This document shows positions 30,324 through 41,599 of a stretch of DNA of 64,000 bases, piece after piece. Source of the DNA: Paramoeba atlantica (Eukaryota; Protista; Discosea). The stretch is from the NCBI GenBank assembly GCA_977017575.1, contig CDRNVI010000039.1, forward strand, positions 711,930 through 775,929, in the 5' to 3' direction. Position 1 is the first letter of the stretch. Each line of letters opens with the position of its first letter. Made by a program: the position numbers and the translations under genes. Below the pieces are notes generated by a model that had not been told where the DNA came from, searched no databases, and saw only the letters and a program-made list of their open reading frames with translations.

Positions 30324-33300
30324 TTTTTTTTTTTTGCTAGAACTACATTGTAAATGGAAATATTTGTGGTGCATTTGTAGGAATTTGGAGTATGCCAGAC
30401 GCATACGTTTAAACTTTAATATAATAAAATAGCGTCAATTGACGCATGACGTCAGAAACGGAGGGCTGACCGTCCGGCATAGGATGGCGGAATAGTCGTA
30501 GTTTCTTAAATTCAACTTATAGAATGTTGTGTGTTCAAGAAACTCCAACATGAAATTTTCTTAATTTGCGTCTATAGAAAACCATTTTATACATAAAATA
30601 TCTTTTTTTTTTTTTTATTGTGCAATTCTTTTCGTAAACTTTTATAGTTTTTTTTTCATTCTTATATTATATGTTCTTAGATTCTCAGCGTTAGATTCTC
30701 AGCGAATTGAAATCAGTGCACTGGCGAAGGCGCATTGTTCCGTGCTTTAGAAGGCATATTCCCGACTTTTGTCCTCCTTGCGAAGGTATCGACTCAGCTG
30801 TGAATATGCTACCGCCCCATTAAGCTCCTGCAACAATAGCTGAAATTCGGCATAAACGCGTTTGCGCTGCATTCCACAGGCATCTGCGAGAGCATCCATA
30901 AGAGCCTTCGTGTTTGAATGCATTGCACCCCCTGAGAGGACAGGTATACATTGAAAGCTTTCAGCCATGATCTTCCCGGTCTTGACGTATGTGTCATGTT
31001 TTCGTCGACAGGCGTCGCGGAATAAATGTGCACACTTTGTGTCAAGGTTTGAGGGTGCCAATTCGTGGATGACTGTTAGATCGTAGTATATCTCGCCGGT
31101 TGCCCAATATATAACAATGTCAGGACCGGACCGATGAAACGACCGCCCACCACACGTTTTCTCGTGAAGTTTTCGGTGATTGGGGTTAACGATCTCGTTA
31201 CATTGTGTGCAGCGGAAAGTTGACAGTGCACGGGGCTCCTTTTCGCACGGAATGCCTGTTTTCATACAGAGTTCGTAAATGAAGTTGACCAGAGTGTTGT
31301 GTTTAGTCGTGGCATTGAGACCACCGCATTTTGTACAGCCCATGATGTGTGTCAAGATTGAATCGGAGTCAAGAAGAATTCTGCAGCCGGGGCATGTGAT
31401 GTGTGATGGCAGATCTGGGTGAGCGATCCCCAATCGTGGCATGACGGCGAGACTGAACAGGTGTGATGGTATGAGTCGCGCGTCAGAGTGCGTCCATCCG
31501 TTATTGCCTTTGTGTGTTACTTTTTCGAGTACCTTCGCTATGTTTGATTGCTCGCAGTAGAATTTCATCGCAACGAAATTTATCTCAGCAAAACTAGAAA
31601 AAGTTAGCATAAATAATGATCGCAGGCACCGCAGACCTGAATATCAAGAACACCATATGCAGTGTTGTATTTTGATTTTTGAGGTGACATGCATCACGCA
31701 AGAGACGTGCACTCCTCAGCAGGAAGAAGGAAACTTCCTGTCTCTTCAGTTTGCCGGAGCGTAAATGGGTTATCCGTGCTCATCAACAAACCTCCGAGAC
31801 AAGAAGTCTCACTTTCCTCTGTTTCAGAGTACACAATCTCATCACTTACCCATTGAAAGCATTCCGCAACACTCTCCATCTTTCCAGTTTGCCGGAGCGT
31901 AAGTGGGTTTTCCGTGCTCATCAACAAACCTTCAAAATGAAGAGTGTCTCGTCCTGCTTTCAACGAGCACATGATCTTTTTGCATGCGCATGCCACACTC
32001 AGTGCCTTTTTCACCTTTCCAGTGTCGTTTGCTTCGGAGCGCGGGCGAAAGCGAGGGTCCTCCGACGATGTGACATTTGAAAGGATCATAAAAGGAATAA
32101 AAATCAACAAGGTACAGAAACAAGGTAATCAACAAGGTACAGAAATTGCTCGCGGGTCATCTTTTTCCAAATTTTGATGTGCTTTTGAGCCGCCGTCGTG
32201 GTTTCGTCTACCGGAGGTATGTTGCTCTGAAGGTGGTCCGTTGATCCAACATTTCGCTCCCTGATTCCATCTGTCCGAGCTGAATTGTTTTTGGGGCGCT
32301 CAAGAACAGAGTGGCATGAGGAGCGGTACGCGGCCTCTCGCGTGGAAGAGCAGTCTGTCAAGCCGAGTCCTCCTTTTCTTGTGGGCATTCGCAGCAACGC
32401 GATTTGTTCATCCGAGAGATGTCCGAACCATGATGTAAGAACGTTTTCTACCTCTTTGTCGAATCGGGTCGCTAGTTCAGCTGAAGCGGTGGGGTTGTGT
32501 GCACGGAGGTGGTAGGCCTGTCTAACGTTTATACATCTGGAAAGCAGATTGCACGATACATTGTTAACCCCCATCAATTTGAGCCGTCGGAAGCTGTCGT
32601 TGTGCTTCGTCAGTGACTGTATTAGGCGTTCGCTGACCGATTTGTCGTCCCCGATGAAAGCCCCAAGGATTTTTGTTGCTTTTTTTTTGGTGATTACCCC
32701 GGCGCTCTCTAATTCTTGTGGTAATGGTTCTTCTTCCAGTCCGCCAAACCAGACACATTTTTTGGGAGCAACTATTAGATTTTGTTCCTCTAGAAGCGTT
32801 TTTAGTCGGGAGAAGGCACTGGCCAATCGCTCGGGGTTTTTTGACGCAATAGTTACATCATCGACATAAGCGTTGATTGTGATATCAGGGTGCTCTGCAG
32901 ACAGAGTTTCAAGGATTGGTTGCAATAGGGCACAGAAATAAACCGATGAAAGTGTGGACCCTTGTCGGACACCATTTGTGCTTGGAATTGTTCCTGCATG
33001 GTGACCTTGATTTCCGCAGTATAGCAACTCAGATGCCGTTGCGTATTCAGCATGGAAAAACCTCTGGAAGGGTTTCAATGTAGCAAGACCATATACGGCT
33101 TTCGCCAGGGCTGGTCGCGATGGGGAGTTGAAGGCGTTTTTTACATCTACGGATAGGATGCACGAGCCGTCGCGATATAGGGAGTTTAGCCGATGTACAA
33201 TCTTCTCGCAGCCTGACTTAGATAGAACTCCTTGTTGGAGCGGCGCAAATAGCGGTTGCAGGGTGGGTTCAAATCGCTGAACAAGGACCAAGCCAGAAAG

Positions 33301-34725
33301 TTTCATTAGGACTTCACCAATTGCGATCGGGCGGATGCCTCCATCAGGCTTGGGAATACCAATTAACCTTGCTCGTGTTAATCGGCGCATCAGTTCTTTA
33401 GTGAGAAATCCATTGATCAGGTCCTGAATCATGTGGAAAAGACTCCCGCAGCATACAGGGTCATCGATGAGTATGCGTACTATCGTGTCCGTCGTACCAG
33501 TTGGTCCGGGGCTAGCTCCTTTGGCGAGGCGCAACCCAGCAGAGCGGAGTTCAGTAGGGGTGAGTCCGCCTATTAGGGGGGCGTCACATGGAAGATCAAG
33601 TTCGTATGGGTTTTGTGGGTGTAAGTCTTGAAGTTTCTTGAATGTCTCTTCTTCGGATAAGTATTGCTTCTCAATTTTGCGGTCAAGCACTTGAGCTCCT
33701 TTCCTGGCATATCCTTCTATCACGAGCCGTGTTGCTCTTTTAATGGCTCGTTTATCAGAAGCCGTGAGGTCTCCCTTGTTCTCCGAAAGTTCGTCTCCAT
33801 TGTCTTCTTTTCCATTCGAACGATCCAAAAGTGCTTTCCCATCTTTCATATTCTGTTGGGCTGAGTCTCGCGCTGTTTCCTCCGGCGGAAATGGTCGCCG
33901 ACGTCTGTTGCGATTGGATTGTTGTCGAAGTGTAGCTAAGGATGTTTTCATGGCCGAGAGGACCGCGTGCCAGATTTTGTGTCTTTGTGGGTAAGGGCTG
34001 TTCGCGTAGTCACTCATTATTTCTCGGTATGTGGCGATGACGCCTGGTATTAACTCAGGCCTCATAACTCGTGATGTTGGGATAGGTGCGCGGTCCAGAT
34101 CGTCGTCAGTCCAATCAGGGACGGGAAGGGCTGCATTGGGAATGTGCGGGATCGACTGGTTCAGCTTCGGTGGACAGGTTTCTGGGGACGGTGGAGTACA
34201 GTGCCATATAATTTTGTACACTCTAACCGTTTCTTGTGGTGGCAGCGTTCCGAAAAATTCTTCATCGATCTTGTGGCCTGCAATACCTTTGTATTGCAAG
34301 TTCAATTTGGCGGCACCTTTTCTCCTATTCACGCTGGTAACTTTGCCAATAGATATATTGATCTGGTCTCGGTTATCGAATGTCCATGCGATGGTGCACA
34401 TCGCTCCCTTTTTGACATGTTTCGAGGCATTCCACAAATGATCGGCGGGAATCGGATAGTGAGACTGCGGTGACATAGACCCAAGCTCAGTGCATAGCCG
34501 TCCAGAATCGACTTCTTCGTCGAAGCAAATTCTTTCTAAGTCGTCGTGTCTGGCATGCGGATCGATCGAGTTGACCTTGTCGGGCTCGTGTCCTCCTTCT
34601 GTCGTACCTTCCTGATTTTCGGTGGGTTGAATTATCTCCCCTATGCTATAATCACCATCCTCTCTTTCAACCACTCCGGCAGTGTAAAGTTCACCGATCG
34701 GTAGTGGGATCGACGGGTTGTTTTC
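30324..34725 (-). mobile_element. CRE-like RLE non-LTR element with poly(A) tail, interrupted at 31556-32144
   Basis: RT (SPGPTG, PKPDGGIRPI, DVKNAFN, GVRQG, YVDD), CPGC zinc finger, PDIVI...DLTV RLE motif. Confidence 0.88.
31556..32144 (-). pseudogene. retroposed SL-capped mRNA fragment with a 131-codon hypothetical ORF (31694-32089)
   Basis: Begins with SL 3' ends TTCTGTACCTTGTTG; TSD ATTGCTCGC at 31547-31555 and 32145-32153; removal restores the CRE frame (MTREQ|SNIAK). Confidence 0.8.
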
Positions 34726-36943
34726 GAGAACCTTTCTTTTTATGAGAACCTTTCTTTTTATGAGAACCTTTCTTTTTATGAGAACCTTTCTTTTTATGAG
34801 AACCTTTCTTTTTATGAGAACCTTTCTTTTTATGAGAACCTTTCTTTTTATGAGAACCTTTCTTTTTATGAGAACCTTTCTTTTTATGAGAACCTTTCTT
34901 TTTATGAGAACCTTTCTTTTTATGAGAACCTTTCTTTTTATGAGAACCTTTCTTTTTATGAGAACCTTTCTTTTTATGAGAACCTTTCTTTTTATGAGAA
35001 CCTTTCTTTTTATGAGAACCTTTCTTTTTATGAGAACCTTTCTTTTTATGAGAACCTTTCTTTTTATGAGAACCTTTCTTTTTATGAGAACCTTTCTTTT
35101 TATGAGAACCTTTCTTTTTATGAGAACCTTTCTTTTTATGAGAACCTTTCTTTTTATGAGAACCTTTCTTTTTATGAGAACCTTTCTTTTTATGAGAACC
35201 TTTCTTTTTATGAGAACCTTTCTTTTTATGAGAACCTTTCTTTTTATGAGAACCTTTCTTTTTATGAGAACCTTTCTTTTTATGAGAACCTTTCTTTTTA
35301 TGAGAACCTTTCTTTTTATGAGAACCTTTCTTTTTATGAGAACCTTTCTTTTTATGAGAACCTTTCTTTTTATGAGAACCTTTCTTTTTATGAGAACCTT
35401 TCTTTTTATGAGAACCTTTCTTTTTATGAGAACCTTTCTTTTTATGAGAACCTTTCTTTTTATGAGAACCTTTCTTTTTATGAGAACCTTTCTTTTTATG
35501 AGAACCTTTCTTTTTATGAGAACCTTTCTTTTTATGAGAACCTTTCTTTTTATGAGAACCTTTCTTTTTATGAGAACCTTTCTTTTTAAGAGAACCTGTC
35601 TTTTTATGAGAACCTTTCTTTTTATGAGAACCTTTCTTTTTATGAGAACCTTTCTTTTTATGAGAACCTTTCTTTTTATGAGAACCTTTCTTTTTATGAG
35701 AACCTTTCTTTTTATGAGAACCTTTCTTTTTATGAGAACCTTTCTTTTTATGAGAACCTTTCTTTTTATGAGAACCTTTCTTTTTATGAGAACCTTTCTT
35801 TTTATGAGAACCTTTCTTTTTATGAGAACCTTTCTTTTTATGAGAACCTTTCTTTTTATGAGAACCTTTCTTTTTATGAGAACCTTTCTTTTTATGAGAA
35901 CCTTTCTTTTTATGAGAACCTTTCTTTTTATGATAACCTTTCTTTTTATGAGAACCTTTCTTTTTATGAGAACCTTTCTTTTTATGAGAACCTTTCTTTT
36001 TATGAGAACCTTTCTTTTTATGAGAACCTTTCTTTTTATGAGAACCTTTCTTTTTATGAGAACCTTTCTTTTTATGAGAACCTTTCTTTTTATGAGAACC
36101 TTTCTTTTTATGAGAACCTTTCTTTTTATGAGAACCTTTCTTTTTATGAGAACCTTTCTTTTTATGAGAACCTTTCTTTTTATGAGAACCTTTCTTTTTA
36201 TGAGAACCTTTCTTTTTATGAGAACCTTTCTTTTTATGAGAACCTTTCTTTTTATGATAACCTTTCTTTTTATGAGAACCTTTCTTTTTATGAGAACCTT
36301 TCTTTTTATGAGAACCTTTCTTTTTATGAGAACCTTTCTTTTTATGAGAACCTTTCTTTTTATGAGAACCTTTCTTTTTATGAGAACCTTTCTTTTTATG
36401 AGAACCTTTCTTTTTATGAGAACCTTTCTTTTTATGAGAACCTTTCTTTTTATGAGAACCTTTCTTTTTATGAGAACCTTTCTTTTTATGAGAACCTTTC
36501 TTTTTATGAGAACCTTTCTTTTTATGAGAACCTTTCTTTTTATGAGAACCTTTCTTTTTATGAGAACCTTTCTTTTTATGAGAACCTTTCTTTTTATGAG
36601 AACCTTTCTTTTTATGAGAACCTTTCTTTTTATGAGAACCTTTCTTTTTATGAGAACCTTTCTTTTTATGAGAACCTTTCTTTTTATGAGAACCTTTCTT
36701 TTTATGAGAACCTTTCTTTTTATGAGAACCTTTCTTTTTATGAGAACCTTTCTTTTTATGAGAACCTTTCTTTTTAAGAGAACCTTTCTTTTTATGAGAA
36801 CCTTTCTTTTTATGAGAACCTTTCTTTTTATGAGAACCTTTCTTTTTATGAGAACCTTTCTTTTTATGAGAACCTTTCTTTTTATGAGAACCTTTCTTTT
36901 TATGAGAACCTTTCTTTTTATGAGAACCTTTCTTTTTATGAGA
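34726..36943. repeat. 18-bp satellite B (GAGAACCTTTCTTTTTAT), about 123 copies
   Basis: Direct reading. Confidence 0.97.
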
Positions 36944-37425
36944 TAGTGATAGTGATAGTGATTACAGGCGGTTACCCTAGTACAAGGATGTCGCCTCCCC
37001 TGAGAAAGCAGGGGAACTTGGGGGAAGGAGCCTGGTCGCTGGATCATCGAAACTCTTGCGAGTTTCGAATAGGGTATGCAAATCGGTGAGCGATTTGCTG
37101 CCTCCGCAGATCCTAGGACTTCCTTCCCCGGGCACGTGGAGAGCTAAGCCCTCGCTATTCGGCGAACTGGGTGTTAGCCCTGATTCATTCTGAATGCCCC
37201 ACGTCTCCCGAAGGAGAAACTAGTGCCATATTCGGGAGTATCAAGTCTCAGCTTCAACGGTTTTTGGCTCCTCAGCTTCAACGGACCAAGTCTTCTAGGG
37301 TGTTATACCTTTGAGCGGACTTGGCTCCTCAGCTTCAAAGGGCTAAACCTCGGCTTCAACGAGCTCGTGTCTCTCCGAATTATGACCCTAGCCCTGGAAA
37401 GCTAAAAATAGGGAGCGAACAAACA

Positions 37426-40400
37426 CTATTTTTTCCGTATCGCGAATGGAGTTTTGCGTCTTCTTTTAAGATTAGTTTCTGACTCGTACAATTTAATTGC
37501 CTTATACCAGCATTTCTTATTTTGTGCTTTTGTTTTCCAATGTATGATAGGTCCCATATCTGCTCTTGAGAGCGCTGACTCTATGTTTCTCTGATATGTA
37601 TGGGTTGTTTTCCTAGAAATGTACCTTGCCAATGTTTTGGCTTTGTATTTACCGAAGAGGATTTTATTTGGTACTCTTTCAGATCCCATTCTGGCGATGT
37701 GGCCCACAAAATGGAGTAGTCTGATATCAATTTTTGCCTGGAGTGGCCCCATACCGGATAATCTTAGGCTTTCTTTCTGGGAGATGTACCTTGTCTTCTG
37801 TGACGCTGTTATTTCCTGCTTATGGTTTCGGCATCGTTGAGGTGTATTTATCACCCACGGTATCCCCATTGCTACCTTCACTAATCTGATGTAAGTTTTG
37901 TTAAGCTTCTTGAGTAGTTGTACCGTCAGTGCCCAAGAAATGCATCCAAATAGTAGTCGGGATACGACGCATGCTTCAAAAATAGTTCGCTTGGTTTTCT
38001 TCGAAATGGATCGGTTCTTCCACAAATGTAGGAATTGCTTTAAATTGCTGTAGGCACCCTTGATCCTATTCTTTATGTCTTTGTCGAGTGTTGTGTCTTC
38101 GTCTATAACTGACCCAAGGTAGATAAAGTTCCGGACTTGTTCTAGTTTTTCTTTTCGAATTGTGATGTCGGATGTGTAGTATGAGTTCGATTCTATCGGT
38201 TGGATAACTTGCGTTTTAGATTTATTAGTATTAATTTTAATACCCCATCTGTCCATGATTTCAGACAACGTACTTGTTGCCGTCTGCAAGTCAGATTTAT
38301 CATCTGACCACAGCACGACATCATCCGCGTAAGCGAGAATTCCGACTACATCAGTTCCAGCTACGATTTCTCCTCGATTACTTCGGCCATTTGGGATTCG
38401 CCATTGTATGTTAATCCCTGTGTTTTTAATTTGCATGGATCTCCTGAGAATTGCGTCAAGAGTTGCGTTGAAGAGGGGACAACTCATGGGACACCCTTGT
38501 TTGATGCCGTCTTCTACTTCGAATGTTGTGCTGGATGTCTCGCTGCCCACTATTACCGATGCCTTTGTTTCGTGGTATGTTGCTCGTATAGCGTGTAGTA
38601 GTGGACCTTCGACGCCCATGTTCTGTAGTACGGCCCATACAGCCTTTCGCGGAATTGTGTCGTACGCTTTTTGTAGATCCAAGTATACTAGATACAAGGG
38701 AGTATTGGTGTTGCGTACCTTTTCAGTGATTCTCCGCAGCGTGAAGACGGCATCATCAGTCCCTCTGTTTCGTCTAAAGCCGTTTTGAGATTCATGCAAT
38801 CTCCTATCAATGCGCGGTGTGATTCGACTTGTGAGGACAAGGGACATTATTTTGGATCCTGTATTCATAATGGAGATAGGGCGGTAAGATTGAGGATTGG
38901 ATGCGCTTCCTTTCTTGGCTCCTTTGTAAATTGGTATTACTCTGGCATGGGCCCATTCCTCTGGGATTATACCGCCTTGCCAACATAGTCTCAGAACTCT
39001 TGTCATCCAATCGGTTGTTGCTTTTCCGCCGTATTTAAAAAGTTCAGGTGTGATGCCATCCTCTCCTGGTGCCTTTCTGTTTTTTAAAACAGAAATTGCA
39101 ATTGCTACTTCCTCCTCAGTGGGAGGTAAGTCATTCTGCACTATTTCCAGATGTCGTATTTCATCACTAATTGGGGGGTACTTTATCATTTGTATATCCT
39201 CCTGAATGGCTTCCAGGTTGAATAATGGGCGCTTGGGGTTGAATGTCTCACAGAAATAGTCTCCAAAAGCATTTGCTTTTCCTTTTGGGTATGAAATTGG
39301 TCCATTTTTCGACAGGATAGCGGGATTGTCTTTCGTGGGTATTTTTGTTCTTTCTGTAAGCTCCTTGGCCGCTTGAAATAGTTTATAGTAGTTTCCGTTC
39401 CTAGCTGCTGATTGGATCACATCTGCTTTTGACGCATAATAGGAACTTCTGGCTGACCTGAAAGCTCGTGATACTATTTTGCGCTTTGTCTCGTATTTTT
39501 TTATCGCTTCTTCCTTTTCTTCGGGATTTAGGTCTTGTTTTCGGCAGAACATCAATGCTTCCTGTTTATCTGATATGGCATCTAATAGCTTTTCATCCAC
39601 CCAATGATATTTCGTTTTTGCTTTTGGGTTTCTGCACGCCCTCTGGGCGGAGAGAAGCGTAGCGGCTTTCAGGTTGTTCCACTCTGCTTTGACATTTTCA
39701 CACGGTGCGTGATTCTTTAGTGCTGTGTCCATTAAACTCTTATACTCGTTTTGCTGTGGGGAATTGTATCTTAGTGCGTCAATGGCTATCTTTCTTTTTA
39801 CATGGCTCGATTCACGTATTGGGCGGTAACTTAGCGTTGTGCATACAATACGGTGATCGCTTTCGTATGGCAGTCTTGAAAGAACTCGTGTATTCTCATT
39901 CGTAACGTGTCTCTGTAAAAGTATGTAGTCGATTTGATTTCTGATGTCGCCGTTGGGGTGCATCCATGTCCACAAGTTTTCGCTCTTTCCGCACAACCCC
40001 GTGTTCGCAACCAAGGTGTTTGACAGCACGAATTTGTGGGCTCTGCAGAATTCGATTAACCTATATCCGTTGTCCGTGGTCCTAGTGCCAATGGCATTTT
40101 CTCCAACTATTGGTAAGAGATCTGGTGCACTTTTGATAATGGCGTTGAAATCTCCAAAGATGTGTGGTATTTCATCTTTGGGTCTGCATTTAAGTGCCTC
40201 TTCCAAATCGGCGTAAAATTGGTCTTTCTCCTTTTCCGATGTATCCTCAGTTGGCGCGTACACTGATATTGCGTACATATTGCGAGCATTTCAGGTTTTA
40301 AAACTCGCTGTAATAATTCGATCGGAGATTCCTTTGAAGCTGAGTAAAGCTTGTTTGGCCTTTGGAGATAAGAGGAAACCTACTCCACGACGAAAAAGGT

Positions 40401-41031
40401 TCTTCTCTTTACACCCACTGTGTAGAAGTGTCCATCTCAAGTTTTGATGTACCTCGAATTCAATTTTATTCACCCCAGGAATTCGAATTTCTTGCACGGC
40501 GAGCATCTGTATATTGGAGTCCAGGGCCATGCGAGCCGTAGAGATAGCTCCTTCTACCCAGCTCTCTTCATCTTTTTTGCTGCAATTCCAACTCCTTACG
40601 TTATATGTCCCGACCGTGAAGCCTTTGGGGATGTATTTTTTCTTGATTTTCATAGTTTCTAAACGTTTCTTCCGAAAAGACCGGGACCGTCGTCTCCGCG
40701 GGAGTCTGCAGTATTTGCGATGTGAATGTGTACTCGTACGGACGCTGCGTATCTTTAACGCGATATTTTGGGATGCGGTCGGAGCCAAAGGTGGTGGAAG
40801 CGTCGGCGCCGTGATGCCAAAATTGTTGGCCAGTTCGTCCTCCTCAATAGTTTCCAGTGGATTTGAGTTCGTGTTCGGAGAGGTTTCCCCCATACATGTT
40901 TTCCTTTTTTTCTCCCTTTTAATACGTTTTGTGAACCAAGAACTCATGCGGTGTATCTCCCGTTTTCGATTCCGCTGCCCGCGTTTACCTCTTGACATGT
41001 GTGATGGTTGCCGGGTTAAGGAAGGCACCAA
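37426..41031 (-). pseudogene. APE endonuclease plus RT, one in-frame TGA at 40291-40293
   Basis: GTYNVRS, VQE, VYAP, GDFNA, IDYIL, SDH; RPISI, DLQKAYD, GIKQG, YADD. Confidence 0.88.
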
Positions 41032-41124
41032 GATACGTATTCACGTCCCATATTCTTCACATTGGGGGTGGTTTCATCTCCGACCGGTATGGGGTGAAGG
41101 GGGACATTGGGTCTTAAATAAATA

Positions 41125-41205
41125 CAACAAGGTACATCAACAAGGTACAGACTTTTTAAATATTAAACTTTTAAAATACAACAAGGTACATCAACAAGGT
41201 ACAGA
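41125..41205 (-). other. four stacked SL 3'-end relics at the LINE 5' end
   Basis: (TCT)GTACCTTGTTG at 41125, 41138, 41179 and 41192. Confidence 0.7.
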
Positions 41206-41591
41206 CTTTTTATGAGAACCTTTCTTTTTATGAGAACCTTTCTTTTTATGAGAACCTTTCTTTTTATGAGAACCTTTCTTTTTATGAGAACCTTTCTTTT
41301 TATGAGAACCTTTCTTTTTATGAGAACCTTTCTTTTTATGAGAACCTTTCTTTTTATGAGAACCTTTCTTTTTATGAGAACCTTTCTTTTTATGAGAACC
41401 TTTCTTTTTATGAGAACCTTTCTTTTTATGAGAACCTTTCTTTTTATGAGAACCTTTCTTTTTATGAGAACCTTTCTTTTTATGAGAACCTTTCTTTTTA
41501 TGAGAACCTTTCTTTTTATGAGAACCTTTCTTTTTATGAGAACCTTTCTTTTTATGAGAACCTTTCTTTTTATGAGAACCTTTCTTTTTAT
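41206..41591. repeat. 18-bp satellite B, about 21 copies
   Basis: Direct reading. Confidence 0.97.
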
Positions 41592-41599
41592 TACATGTA

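Larger units (their letters stand above)
36944..41205 (-). mobile_element. full-length APE-RT LINE (family 1) with (ATCACT)n tail, inside satellite B
   Basis: Satellite B on both sides; apparent TSD (C)TTTTTATGAGA. Confidence 0.85.

Noticed and set aside
21112-36946. Very long ORFs (IRKGLT, RPFLIV, KTFPYC, YNKERS, MRTFLF repeats) as proteins
   Set aside because: An 18-bp unit lacking a stop in a frame gives an endless ORF automatically; no independent coding evidence.
32104-37047. 1647-aa fusion of poly-KRKVLI (NLS-like) to the CRE protein
   Set aside because: In-frame joining of a satellite to a truncated ORF is easily chance; the start is non-ATG and lies in another LINE's 3' UTR.
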